Counted from the first letter of the stretch, positions 38,640 to 51,276 are shown. The stretch is 52,111 nucleotides of DNA from Octopus bimaculoides (GCF_001194135.2 NC_068989.1:62769178-62821288); one strand, 5' to 3'. The notes: generated by a model from the letters alone, not told the origin. Program-made: numbers and translations.

Positions 38640-39900
38640 ATTTGCAATTTGATGGGATGTGGACGAGCAGAGGTCGGTCGTCCGGGCCAGGATCCGCCCA
38701 GGGAAATAGAAGTGCGACTATTCTTTTTAGTGTGGTATTGGGATCTTCTCCCGAAATCCGCTAATCTTGAGAGTCTGGCTACAATTCAAGGTCTGATTAT
38801 TAAAGATATCATTAAGTGATTGTTTAAAAATCATGAAAGAAACACCAGTGACGATGCTACTAAAGATGAATGCAGGGTGGATTAGACAGTGATATAGTGT
38901 AGCCACTTATTCGATTTATGATAAGGGTAATATAGTATTGCATCTAAGTCAAGAGGGACATGTAAGAAGATAACTACTTTGATGTTATTTTAAAATAAGA
39001 TAGAAAGTTTATAGCTTTTAAAAAAACTTTTGGAGCGCCCTCCGTATACGATCAACTGATGGTCGAATCAAATTTGTGACTATAAGGAGCGCTTCATCTA
39101 AGTACAGGTCTCCAGATTTGTTGGGGAAATATTGCTTAATCTGGGAAAGAAGTAAGAGACCAAGCGGTTGATAACCTGAGCAGAGTCGGATGAGCTCATG
39201 ATTATATCAAATAGATTCACAAACGAATTGCCGTATACCAGTAATTGCTATTGAAATATATGTTTTCCTAGCTTCTAGGATGATGTCGATGTCAGCACGG
39301 GAAATGGAGGTGTAGGGTTATATGCATTTATAAATCCTTGCATATATATCTTTCTATGAATAAGAAAACTTACACAAATACTGTCAAGAACTGTTATTTC
39401 AATAAAAGCATATGATGAATGTGAATTTCCATTTTTTTGAAATGAAGATGCATTTGTTCGATCAAATGACTAGCCAGCATAAGTGGTTGAGTATTCTGCA
39501 GACACATATATCACAGTAACTTCATGTGTGACAAGACCGTACCATTTGACACGCCAAGGCAGTCTACCACACTGGCTTCAATGCCGCTTCCATTAAATAA
39601 ATTTCACTCACAAGCCAGTAGTCGATCCAAAGCTATTGAAAGCAGCATGTACCCTGAATGTGAGGCAACATGATCCGAACAGAGACTTCAAGTTTCGGAA
39701 GGCATATACGTGAGCATATACGCAAATAAAACTTGTTATGCCGTGAAATTGCATATTTTTCTTGTAGGCTGAAGAACGTTTTAGACATGATACTATACCG
39801 AATTCTGTTATCTTGCATTGGTCAAGGACATGTTTCCTTGTTAACCTATAGTCTTAAATGATGTTTTCCGGTTATGTGGTGTGTGTAATGTATTTTGAAA
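38640..39900 (-). mobile_element. PLE reverse transcriptase remnant (highly degenerate), interrupted by a SINE fragment at ~39480-39720
   Basis: Minus strand across frameshifts: TEFGIVS, ISRADIDIILEARKT, NLFDIIMSSSDSAQV, GDLYLDEALLIV (YRDD-equivalent), PSVDRIRRALQKFF, QTLKISGF. Motif order matches the PLE type with FDVTMGSYDGAE / GLYRDDGL. Confidence 0.7.
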
Positions 39901-41309
39901 AGCCGAATTTGTAAACGTTAACAATAAAATTTCCGGTATGTAGTTCAATCGATTATGTCTTAGTAGGAACATCCGAACTATTAACGGAACTACGAAATGA
40001 TAAAATGAAAAAGCTAAGAGCGATTAAGATATAAAGTTATCGGGTAATCTATTAGAAATGGCAGCCAAATCTACCATGCTTGCTTAAAATTGTAACGCGA
40101 TATTGTAGATTGTGGGATATTAACGAATGTATCTTTAATGAGGTGTTCAGTGAGGTCTTATGTGGGGCAAGCAAACACACAAAATTCGTATATTGTGTTT
40201 AATCATTTTCCTTACAAATTTGAATACAACATTAAATTTTATCAATATTTTCGAAGTTCATGTATCGTAATCAATGGAAGAAGATTCTTCAATGATGCTC
40301 TAAAGCAAGTAAATAAACAACTTCAGTTTTGTGTTTGGCTGTTAAGTTTGAAATGCAAATCCAGTGACACAACGGCAATTAATCCCTCCACACATTTCGT
40401 ATTTCTGCTGGGAAATTGGTTTGTTCTCTCAACAAACTACTCTGGGAATTGAAGTACAACATCCAGAATGTGCAGAAATTCATATAGATGATGACTGTCG
40501 TGTAACACTGAGACAAACTATTGTCTTGAATCTACGCAAGAGTGCACTCTGTACGCCTTTGAGGGGAACAATAAGAGTAAGGTGCACAAATACAATAAAA
40601 ATGATAAAACAAAGAATACATTTTTCTACCTTCGAAATGAACCCCGAATTAGTCTTGCGCACTGACAGTCATAACGAGATACAGATCTTAACCACCAACG
40701 TCGTAGCCGCTACATGAGTTCGCAACCATATCTTACTTATGGACCTCTTTGATTACTATTTCCTTCTTGTGGATTCCCATACATATTCAATGTTTAAAAA
40801 CTAGTTTTATAGATACTTTAATCAAAATTCCTATTTTGCTTTTCACTCATTAACTTGTGTAGCTTGAGGGATGTAAAATGTTACCAAAAGAATCTTTTCT
40901 TGCAATACATACTAATAAATACATCTAAAGTAAAATTCAGGAGCCCTTAAAGTGGTATTGTGGATGCCCGACTTATTATTTTTTTGCATGGACGCCACAA
41001 AATCTAATATAGATCCACAGGAACCATATGGACCCTGGTTGAAAACAATTGAGGAACACAGTTAATACAACAAATGCATGTACTTGATAAATAAATAATC
41101 GCATGTCGCCATCTGATTCATGGAAATAGGCCTACTCAATTAGGCAGATAGGTAGCTTTATTTGAGCAAGCTTTTCGAAAATTTTCGTAATTTCCTGATA
41201 AGTGTGCATCACTTGCAAAAAGAATGTTTTCTTTTATTCGTTTCAGTCATTTCACTTAAATATGTATATATGTATATATATGTATGTGTATGTATATGTT
41301 TGTGTGTCT

Positions 41310-41498
41310 GTGTTTGTCTCCCCAACATCGCTTAACAACCGATGCTGGTGTCTTTACGTCCCACGTAAGTTAGCGGTTCGGCAAAAGGCACCGATATAAT
41401 AAGTACTAGGCTTACAAAAAATAAGTACTGGGGTCGATTTGCTCGATTAAAGGCAGTGTTCCAGCATGGCCACAGTCAAATGACTGAAACAAGTAAAA
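41310..41498 (+). mobile_element. SINE family C, 3' half
   Basis: Reverse-complement homology to 35322-35500; ends CAAATGACTGAAACAAGTAAAAGA. Confidence 0.85.
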
Positions 41499-41559
41499 GA
41501 GTATACATACTGACTGTGACCGTAAATGCCGAAAGTCGCAGACGTGATAACCTTATACC

Positions 41560-41860
41560 GTCAACTGTTTCGACTTCAGGACCGAAGCCTTTTCAGTAGG
41601 GTCCGCATATCTCGCAAGATTCCTTATAAGATCGTCTCCAGTATATATCTATGAATAGAAATTTATGGATGATTTAGCGAATCGGTAATGTGTATACAAT
41701 TAATTAAATTTGGCAACAGTTTAGCTATGTATCACCGAAAGAGAAAACTTGGCTAAGATGATGTTTCTATAATCAAAAAAACTATACAGAATCGCTTGAG
41801 TGATTGAGAAAATCTCAATACTTCTCACCACCAGGATAATAGATTTCTTCTCAACAACCT
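41560..41860 (-). mobile_element. Possible PLE 3' end with degenerate hammerhead-like motif
   Basis: Weak endonuclease-tail-like peptide (FDYRNIILAK) followed on the minus strand by CTGAAAA GGCTTC-GGTCCT-GAAGTC GAAAC AGTT. Confidence 0.4.
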
Positions 41861-42049
41861 TAGGATCTTTAATTTTATTGTCTGGAAACGTTTCATTTGC
41901 ACGTTGTTAGTATGGTTAAGGATTTAAAACTGTATTTTAAGATAGGATTGCTGCAATAATTCTGCCTTATTTTCTCAACTTCGGTTATTATATTCACAAT
42001 TTTTAACGTTTAGGACAACTTGATTATGCAATTCTATATTTAAGAAATG

Positions 42050-42290
42050 AAGAATTATGTACATTATTTACATTATTTACATTTAACGCGTATTTGTCTT
42101 CATCTTGTTTGTTGTTAACACAACGTATCGGCTGATATACCCTTCAGACTTCATCTTGGAACCCATTCCTAAGGTATTTGTTAATGTTATTATTATTATT
42201 ATTATTATTCAAGTCCCTGCCTGGAAATGAAATCGAAATCATAGGTTAGTAGCCCGCGCTCTTAACCACTACGCCATATGCCCGTGGGCA
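42050..42290 (-). mobile_element. Short element with tRNA-like head, (AAT)n and decayed hammerhead-like motif
   Basis: Minus strand: GCATATGGCGTAGTGGTTAAGAGCGCGGGCTACTAAC (A-box TGGCGTAGTGG), (AAT)n, ...GATGA AGTCTG-[10 nt]-CAGCC GATACGTT GTGTT, tail of 9-bp AATGTAAAT repeats. Confidence 0.65.
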
Positions 42291-43499
42291 ATTATGGAGT
42301 GAATGTTTAGGTCTTATAAATCTAATATTTTCCTATCCTTCCTTAATACTGGTTCCCATATGCTATTCATATCTGTACTCGGTCTGAGTAAGAGGAAACT
42401 ATTAGTGGTTAAGAGCGCAGGTTACTAACCCCAAGATAGATAGATTGACAGACAGACAGACAGATAGACAGACAGCCAGCCAGATATATAGATAGATAGA
42501 TATAGATTCAGTATTTCTTTGGTTGCTATTAATTATGATATACATATAATGTATAATATATACTGGCAAATTTCAATATTTGGTAATTATTGAATGGTTA
42601 GAAACCACTATTTGAATCCCATCTGATCAAACTTTGATGATACCTCTTGCCTCTAGCTTTATTAGGCTTTTACATTTCTGTATCACTGCTGACACTTAAC
42701 TGTTCATATATGTACACTTTATATGGTGCTAAGTTTCTTGTATATTATATGTCTAAGGATATATTCAGAAATGTGTAAATACAATCGCAGATGACACGAG
42801 TTTTTATGCCCCATAATATTCCCCAACTATGATTTTCTAGTAACAAGCAAGACTTCACAAACCAAATTCACAGCGACCCTATATACAGCGAACACTTGAT
42901 TACCTGGCATTATGCTTATAACTGGTTTGTCTCTTTCAACAGCAAGAAGCCAGAAATATATTTTATGAAGAAAAGAAAATTAACAGCGATCTTTGTAAGT
43001 CATGAACGGTACACTCATATAGAGCAATTAAAATTGTTCCAATTGCTGTTTCACTATCGGTAATCATTTATGCTGACGTAAGCATATGATACACACATCT
43101 CCGAACGCATTTCGTAGTCCTCACCTTCTCTTAATATCAGGAAGTTAATTAATTTTCCAGCAATTTTTGATACCATAAAAAATCACAAGAGGATTATATA
43201 GAATATTTATGATGCACCTGCAAGGAGCTGATGCTGCGGACACAGATGGTCGAGGCCCCATTCGGTAATAAGCCAACGGACATCTTCCAGTGTTAGCTAC
43301 TTAATGGTATTCGCTCAAATGTAAGCTTTTGCTTACACTAGTATGATAGCCCCTAGTTCTCTGACCTAAGTAATGCCGTCAGCACTCAAGCAGCACTTTC
43401 TGCGCAACCCTACATCTCCTATCAACCACAAAAGGCCGAATTATTAAGACTTAATAATTCATCCGAGATGTCTATCTTTTGGAATTCCCGATTGGTGAA

Positions 43500-44060
43500 T
43501 AAGTTTCCCGAAGTGGACTTACAAATGTTAGATTATAATATTAATGGTGTTAGACTGACTGGTATGACAATAGGACAGCTACTTCTTCAGCCAAGAGTAA
43601 TATACTAATACAATTGTCGGTATTAGCTAGGATATTTGGCGGTAAATCTTTGGAATAGAGAATATACTTAAACAGCTATACTTACTTCCCTCGAGAGAAA
43701 TTTTCTAATCTTCAAACATTATCAGCTATTTAGATATGGCAGCGAACCTCATTCGCAGCTGGATAGCTTGTATTAACAATATAGTCGACATGATACAAGA
43801 GCTGAATCTTCTCATGGATCGTTTCCAGAATTTTCCACTCTAGAGATTCCTATACAGTCCTCCTCCTTTTCTGTATGCTCACAACGTTTCACTTTGAGTA
43901 CTAATGACAATTCTGTCTCCACTGGATGAACACCTCAAAACCTCTAACTGTATTATCATCAACGATGTCATGAAAGCTGCATCATTTGCGTAAAGTGGAA
44001 AATATTATATCACCAGTGTCCAAACGATACCAGTATGAAGGACACAAGTCCAACCACACT
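43500..44060 (+). mobile_element. Possible ancient CR1/Jockey-group LINE RT remnant
   Basis: Faint, heavily interrupted motif order (NxRxIS..GKSLE; LTSLERNFLIFKHYQLFRYG; SVSTG..PQ). Confidence 0.35.
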
Positions 44061-45191
44061 AAAATCGAGCTGGCCTCACATAGAAACATGGTACGTTTTC
44101 CTTTTTTTTATATGAACTGGTTCTGCTTTATTTAATATTATTGCAAAATGCTTTACGGACACTACTATATATTTCACATAGAAATTCCAATCCAAACTAA
44201 ACATATGAATATATTTAGAAAGACAACCCCGAAATCAATTGAATAATAGTGTCGAAAACAGGATTTAAAATACTACCCTAGCTAGCGCTATTGAATTAAA
44301 CATAGCCTCGCTCATTCATAGTTAATGCATATCTAAACATTCCTGTATTTGTTGATTTTTTAAAATAATATTTATATGTATTTCCGTTTTATTTCTTTCC
44401 GTAATCTTTTAACAGTTCTCGAATATTCAGTTTTCAATTTCTAAACACTCCTCAATCTGACATTTCGACTATCCGCAATGCATATCACACCCTTATACAA
44501 AACGCCTAGTTACACAGAACTTCGATCTCTCTACAACCACAGCACGCGCACTTCCATATTTAAACACATTGGACGACGTATAACTACCGCTATTCTCCCT
44601 CCCTAGTACACACATTCATACATATACGCACTTTTCTTTACTCTCAGACACCCTCCCTTACCTTCGCTCGCTTAAACTTTGTATGCATATTACACTGTCT
44701 GCAGTCCATTACCTCACCGGTCATATTTATGACCTTTAATATTTGAGCTCTTGTCTAACATTGGCCCGTAAACAGCTATATATAGTTGTGGCGTGTAGAG
44801 AAATACATTTAAATGTGAGTTGCAATTTTCAATTCAGTTAATTACTTGATCACTTTTACCAAACTCACCACAGTTCTTAAATTCTCAGAAAGCATATTCA
44901 TTCTAAGATGAACAGACTTAGCTATACTAATATATAAATAGATTTCTATATAGATGCATGCATGTAGCCAATAATGATTATCACTCAACTCTACCATCTA
45001 CGAAAGAAGAATCTCACGTTCATACAGATATTCGTATGTAAATCAAAAACATTCAAAATACACCCCCCCACACACATATAGATAAATATGTATACCAGAC
45101 TAAGCACATAAATGCGAAACAAGTTGGAAAAAATAGCACTTGAATACTAAAGGTAGAGTAATATGCTTTATTAAAATTCAGAGAAAATATC

Positions 45192-45242
45192 ACAAAATCT
45201 GTTACTCAGAGTTTCACGTTACCGTTCATCGGACAGTTTTGT
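45192..45242 (-). ncRNA. Type-I hammerhead ribozyme-like motif, structurally intact except U4C
   Basis: Minus strand ACAAAACTGT CCGATGA ACG-GTAA-CGT GAAAC T-CTG-A GTA/ACAG-A-TTTTGT: 10-bp stem I with one bulge, stem II with GNRA loop, 3-bp stem III, GUA triplet; AATAAA about 20 nt downstream. Confidence 0.8.
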
Positions 45243-45546
45243 TTAGACAAAGGGGAACATGCAACTCTAAGTAATAGTTTTTTTTATATATATACTGCTT
45301 TTTACTAAAGTATGTATATATATATATAGGTTATGAGAGGTAATGACGTCGATAAAACCCAAAGGTGTCAGGTAATGCTGAGTAAGCGATATGGATAGAT
45401 AATACTTAAGCTCCAGGTTCGGTGAGTATGCGAATAATGAGTCCAACGTAGGTCATATATTAGCATGTGCATATATAAAAAAAAATAATAATTTCAAAAT
45501 GAGATACAAAACCTAGGCTGTGAAGATTTTAGAACATTTATAATAG

Positions 45547-45593
45547 GTCTTAGAGCTGTTTCTAGGATATTTATTATGTCCTTTCATCGGAGC
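45547..45593 (-). ncRNA. Type-I hammerhead ribozyme-like motif (same family as 8642-8690), mutated
   Basis: Minus strand GCT CCGATGA A AGGA-[11 nt]-TCCT A GAAAC AGCT CTA/AGAC; CTA replaces the GTA of the 8642 copy. Confidence 0.6.
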
Positions 45594-46291
45594 GCGTGCA
45601 TGTGTCTGTATGTCTGTGTGTGTCTGTGTGAGAGAGAGAGGTACAAATGATACATTGGTATATTCGACATTATGAATACCATCCAATGTAGCTAAAGTGA
45701 AAAAAAGATGCTTCGTCTATTGAGTACTTATCAAACAAGCATCACAAGTAATTCAGACAACTCTGGTAGTTAAGATCCTAGGAAATTAAATTCTCTCTTT
45801 AGTAGCTCAAAGTATTTTGCTTTTAGGCTTATCTCTCCAAGAGTACTATCATAGTAACTCATCGTAGAAAGCACATATTTGAATTCTAATACTTTTATAA
45901 GATCAAATATTTGATAATTATATTATGTATCATCATCCATGAAACTTTATATATATCTATCCATCTATCTGTCCTTTCAATCTTCGTCTCTCTCTTTTTC
46001 TCTCTAACACCGTTTCCTACCCTTCATAAATAAAGGTGTAGGCGAGTGTGGAGCTATCTATATGTGGCGGAGTGTATAATTGCCTAGGCTCCTCCATGTA
46101 TGTTGACATACGTATATCATTGTAAGATTGTGCCTGTTTACCAAGTTATTAGCATACATATTCTCTAAAGACGAACACTTGCGCACGCTTCACATACCCA
46201 CAAAAATAATATATACATAAATAACTAAATATGTATTTATGTGTATATCACTATATATATGTGTGTGTGTGTGTGTAAGTAATGTATATAT

Positions 46292-46339
<48 letters not shown>

Positions 46340-48183
46340 TTACATATATGCATGTATATGTATACATGGGAATCTGAGTATGTGTTCAGGTATTGGCTTT
46401 ATATTCGTTGCTTGTTAAATTGCCAATATTCACAATTCCCATTAGTAATTATTCCTTCCGTGTTCCCTTAGTGCTTATAATATATGCATTTAATATCTTG
46501 CCTACCTAAGAATCTCTGTGGTAAAATACACACATATTTGCAGCTATATAAATGGCTGATGTAATGTCATTACTTGGCTAATTAAGAATATTTTACGGTG
46601 CATAATTAATGAATGATAATTTCATTGATGGAAATATAGAATCATCATTTACAAGACCAAAATAAGCACTAAAGTTCATTTGGGCTTTTTACACTATTCT
46701 GCGCTTAATTAAGAAAATTGTGTAGAATCTCATGACAATGGCTATTTTGAATACTTTATAATTATATATGAATCTTGCGCCGTAAGCGAAACAGTAGTGT
46801 GATACCCTGCATACTTGTAGCTCAAAGGTTCGCGTATATGGTGTATATGAAATGATAATATTCGTTATATATCATTTTTTTGTCTTTTTTTTAATGAATA
46901 TTTAAAACATTGCGGCGTATAAACAGAATTAATTCTGATTGAAGTATATTGTAAGACAAATATAATATATTCTTTATAGTTGAACATTCGAAACATATTG
47001 TTTTCTTTTTACGTCTTTTCTTCTGATCTAGGTGTTGCAAAAACATCAGCTAAATACCAGTGAATTAGATCTTTCTGTGAACAAATGTTTTACTTTTGTT
47101 TTGTTTTTTTTTGTTGTTTTTTTTTATCAGATGAGCATTCTGGAGTTCATGCATGCATAGTTACAAAGAGTTTACTTAAACTAAAATTCGATCCACTCGG
47201 GACTCACCATGGAAAAAATTCAATTATTTTTTGGCCCCGACAGCAAAATCGTCTTTCACCATGTCTTGCATATAACATTCCTCTCGAAACTTCTTTCTTA
47301 GGGCTTCATTATTATCGTATGGATTGATCTCATAGCTTCCGGTCCATTGACAATGAGTGTTATCTGATTGATTTCACTTTCTCAAAGTAGCTTCTACTGC
47401 GTAATCCACTATGACATTTTTCTCTATGTCCTATTTTATGTTTGGTTCAATAGCACTCACTTGACATAGATAATACTACCATCAATTGTTATGAACTTTT
47501 CACAAATATGCAGTTTCCACTTGCAACCTAGGCTCTAAAAGCCACTCCGCTCTGTTTCAATTCACAGAAGTCTCCGGAAGCATTCTTTTGTGTGAAATAG
47601 CTAATCTCGTCTCTTTTAGAAGCAAGAACACTCAAAATCTCCGTATAAAATAAAATCCGACAGTACATCGTCTTATTATAGGTTTTTGCAGTCATTTTCG
47701 TACGTTTGTCATTTAATTTGATAATCGGGTCATTCAAAGTCGTGAAAAAACTTAGCGCCATAAATTTAGTCATTCAAATTCGTTTTACGATCATTCAATT
47801 TCACACCTCGGTTAAAGAATTTAGCATTTACATCATTCAAATTAAAATGCCTGTCGAACGTATTCGAATCAGTCGGAATGCGAAGAACCGACTTTTCGAG
47901 TGTTCAAATTCGCACATGAGCATTCAAGTTCAGAATAAGTTTAATCAATTTAGCACTGATTTTACTTATGTATTTTTTATTTACATTCTAAGGAATAAAT
48001 GTTAAAAATCACAAATTTAAATGACATGTTTTGTCATGTAAATTTTATTATGTTGTTATAGCTACAAGGAAGAAATATATTAAGTTATTCTTCTGTTTAC
48101 GAAAGTTATTTTCGTTGCAACATTCATAACCGGTCGGTATCAGTTGCATTTTATACCCCTTTATCTTACACCGACTTGTAATC

Positions 48184-48835
48184 ATGGGGCCACGTGTAAG
48201 GTACATGCGTATATAGAACGAAGTTAGGGCAAGGTTGGTTGACGCCTTCGAGGGGGCATTAAACCGATTACCTGTAACTGGCAGACACACTTGGCATTAA
48301 ATGGAGTACTACTCGATCCATCGTAGCGACCTACCTATAGTCTGGGAGGCGTCATAAGTTTCCCAGAGGAGGTGCCCACTTCGTCACGGTTGATGAGGAA
48401 ATGCGAGCCAGGCTTCAAGTGATTATTGGTGCTAACCCACTCGCAACCCTTAATCAGATGATGAGGGATTAAAGACAGCATTTTCCGGAAAGCCGCCTGT
48501 TTCCGTGTCTGCAATCTGATGGGCTCTAGATGGGATACTCATAATTATGAAGTTAGCTGAAGATTGCTCAAATGCAAGAAATTCTCCAAGAACTCTGGAA
48601 AAGCGTTATGACTACGCAGATTGGTTCATGAAAGAGGAAGTCGTCGGCCATTGCATATTAATTGTTGAATGTAGGTACAATATCTGGACTAGGCGGTCTT
48701 TTCGATGAGCTCCTCGAAGCGTTCCTGTTCACCTAGTTTACAACCGTGAGCTTCGGAAAAACCTGCAGCGTCACTTTCATGGTATCGAGAGAAAACGGCC
48801 TGTTTCATCACTCCATTGCGAACGATACCGTTACA
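48184..48835 (+). mobile_element. Tc1-like (IS630/Tc1) transposase remnant
   Basis: Across frameshifts: MGPRVRY...NEVRARLVDAFE, LADTLGIKWSTTRSIVATYL..GRRHKFPRGG, ANPLATLNQM, RNSPRTLEKRYDYADWF...CILIVECRYNIWTRRSF (first catalytic D region decayed). Confidence 0.75.
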
Positions 48836-50689
48836 TTAATTCAATATTTGGTTTTACAGCTATTCATGTCAGTATCATGTTTTTTTTTACTCTTCAAGCA
48901 ATGAATCCTAAAGGGAATGGTATCATTTTATGTTGGAGCTTATCCCCTGTATGAAACCCTCATATTTTGGCTTGCGTATAGAACAATGCTCTACGACCTG
49001 TGTGTTTATTGTCCGAGTAAATATAAGGAATGTATACATACAGAACGGCTTCTATGCCTTAGATGACATAACTTTCTAAATCGTTTTTTTCTTTTTACTT
49101 TTTCGTTGACATACAATGTATGCATTTTCACACAAATCTATTGTATATGGAGAATACAAGAACACGCCGGAAATCATTTTTTCTAAACAGTGAACATATA
49201 TATATATATTTTTATTATTTGAAGTGAATTCTATACGCTTATGTATTTAATAGTCAATCATTATGATGTGTTTGGATAAGCTATGTCACTTTAAACACTT
49301 AACCTAATTTATGTTGAACGATCTTTTTTCACTTTGCATATGTCAGTTATTTCTAAATAACATTGAAGAAAATATGTCAAGTGAATGTATAGCTCAATTA
49401 TAACACAATCATCACTTTTTAAAATGTTATACATTTCGTTTAATATATCGGAAATGCAGTTTTATATAACAATACAAAAGGAAAAGCAGCTACTAGTACT
49501 AATTGTTTTTTCAAAATTTGTATCTGGAATCATATGCTGTCTTGTAAAAAATCAATGTTTTATCACACGAAAATGCGATAACAAGAGAACATTTTTCCTC
49601 TGCAGTTGACATGTACTGTGTTTTTTCATTCTTTACCTTTCTGCCCTCCATTTTATAAAATATGCAAGTAGTACTTATTGCGATATGCGTTGCAGCTTAA
49701 TCTTCCTCTATGCACCGATAGCCATTGAGACCGATATGCGCTATTTGCATTTTATAATATTAATATATACATAAATACACACATCCAAAAGCATAACATT
49801 TTTTGTCATCGCTACTCTCACAAAGCACTTCTACTCCGATACAAATTTTATAAACGTGAGCCATCCAGCAAACAGATAGGAAATACCACTGCACTTTTGC
49901 ATGTCAGTTATCCTTATTTCCCTCTCCTCTGTATATCGCAAGCAGTCTATTTACTGCTGTGTGGCGCACCAACTCTTACTGCCTCTCGCGTGCACATTTT
50001 GAAATACTAGTCATAATACTTTACTTTTCCTATTTCCCTTCAGTAAAAATATAAGTGAAATCTTCTTTCAAATTTTCTCGAAATGGAACCTTGAAAATTC
50101 TATTCTTTTTTAAGCGGCAATGGTATGTTAATTTTCTTTTTGTTCTTTATTTGAAAAAAACAAAATTATTTTATAAAGCAGCAAAAGATTTCGTGAATTA
50201 TCTGTCCCACATCTTTTTTTTTATTTTAATTCTCTATTTAGCCGATAGCATTATTAAAAGATTCATTGTCATTGTTAACTTTCTTGTTGTTGATTACCGT
50301 TTGTGAGACTCATATTTCAGTATATTTCATATGTCTTTCTTGGCTTTTTTTCATTTCTTTCGGTTTGTTAAATTTGCCTTCCCAAATCATATTTCTTTTT
50401 TATTTAATTTTCAAAAATCTTTTCTCAATTCTACTTGTCATTTGCGTAATACGAAGAAGTCATATTGATTCTATGTAAGCAAAAATGTTAACAAATCTCT
50501 AGAGATACTTTTATATCTGACATCGGAGCAGAGTGAATATCATCGAATCTAAGACCAACAAAAAAAGAAGATAGACCAACATGAATGGTACAAAGGAACG
50601 AAGAGAGATGATAAATTTACGTTCAAGGCGAAGGCGCGTGTCCGAGTGGTCTCTGAATTTACGATATATATATATATATATATATTATT

Positions 50690-50940
50690 CTTAGCGCATG
50701 TTTTGAAGAGAGGAGTTCGATTTGAACAACCATTTTGTCAAAGCTCCATCGGAAGTGATAAAGGAGCATATTCAGCATGTTTTGCCTAATGAGATCAATA
50801 AAGGCAACAACACGACGGAAAGTGCGCGGATTATTAATGCAGTATATGGCAATCAGACAATATGCGTAAGGCAGTGTCAACGGTGGTTCCAGAAATTTCG
50901 AGCCGGAAACTATAGACTAGAAGACGAGCCGCGTCCTACA
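50690..50940 (+). mobile_element. mariner transposase N-terminal fragment
   Basis: EVIKEHIQHVLPNEINKGNNTTESARIINAVYG...VRQCQRWFQKFRAGNYRLEDEPR; homologous to the 28296 ORF. Confidence 0.85.
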
Positions 50941-50959
50941 TACTAGAAGACGTGCCTTT

Positions 50960-51138
50960 ATGGAATGCAAGAGAGTAATGTAAAAGTGATACCAGTGATG
51001 ATCGGAGTGTTCGATCCAATCGCATTGAAAATTCAAAACTTTCTAAGGCAACTGGAAATACCATGCAAGATTGATGTCTTGCAAAAGCAGCCTTATTGGG
51101 TGCATTTTATTTTTACCTACACTGAGTTACGAAGTATT

Positions 51139-51194
<56 letters not shown>

Positions 51195-51276
51195 ACTTCT
51201 AACTTGTTGTCTCTTGAGGTCTCTGGGTGAGACTTGGATCCAACTTGTACAAATGCAAAACAAAAGTCAAACATAA
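50960..51276 (+). mobile_element. R4-like LINE 3' end (RLE tail and probable 3' UTR) split by (AAT)n
   Basis: NVKVIPVMIGVFDPI...LRQLEIPCKIDVLQK; (AAT)n at ~51140-51192; unique segment 51193-51276 taken as 3' UTR (inference); second (AAT)n. Confidence 0.65.

Noticed and set aside
40364-40717. 117-aa ORF of ordinary composition
   Set aside because: No recognisable motif, weak splice context and competing antisense frames; cannot be supported from sequence alone.
42240-42290. tRNA gene
   Set aside because: A-box present, but the T-arm/B-box is degenerate and there is no acceptor stem; it is a SINE-type head.
50490-50530. GCTCCGATGT followed by AGATA/TATCT stem on the minus strand
   Set aside because: It resembles the CCGATGA family start but lacks GAAAC and a cleavage triplet.
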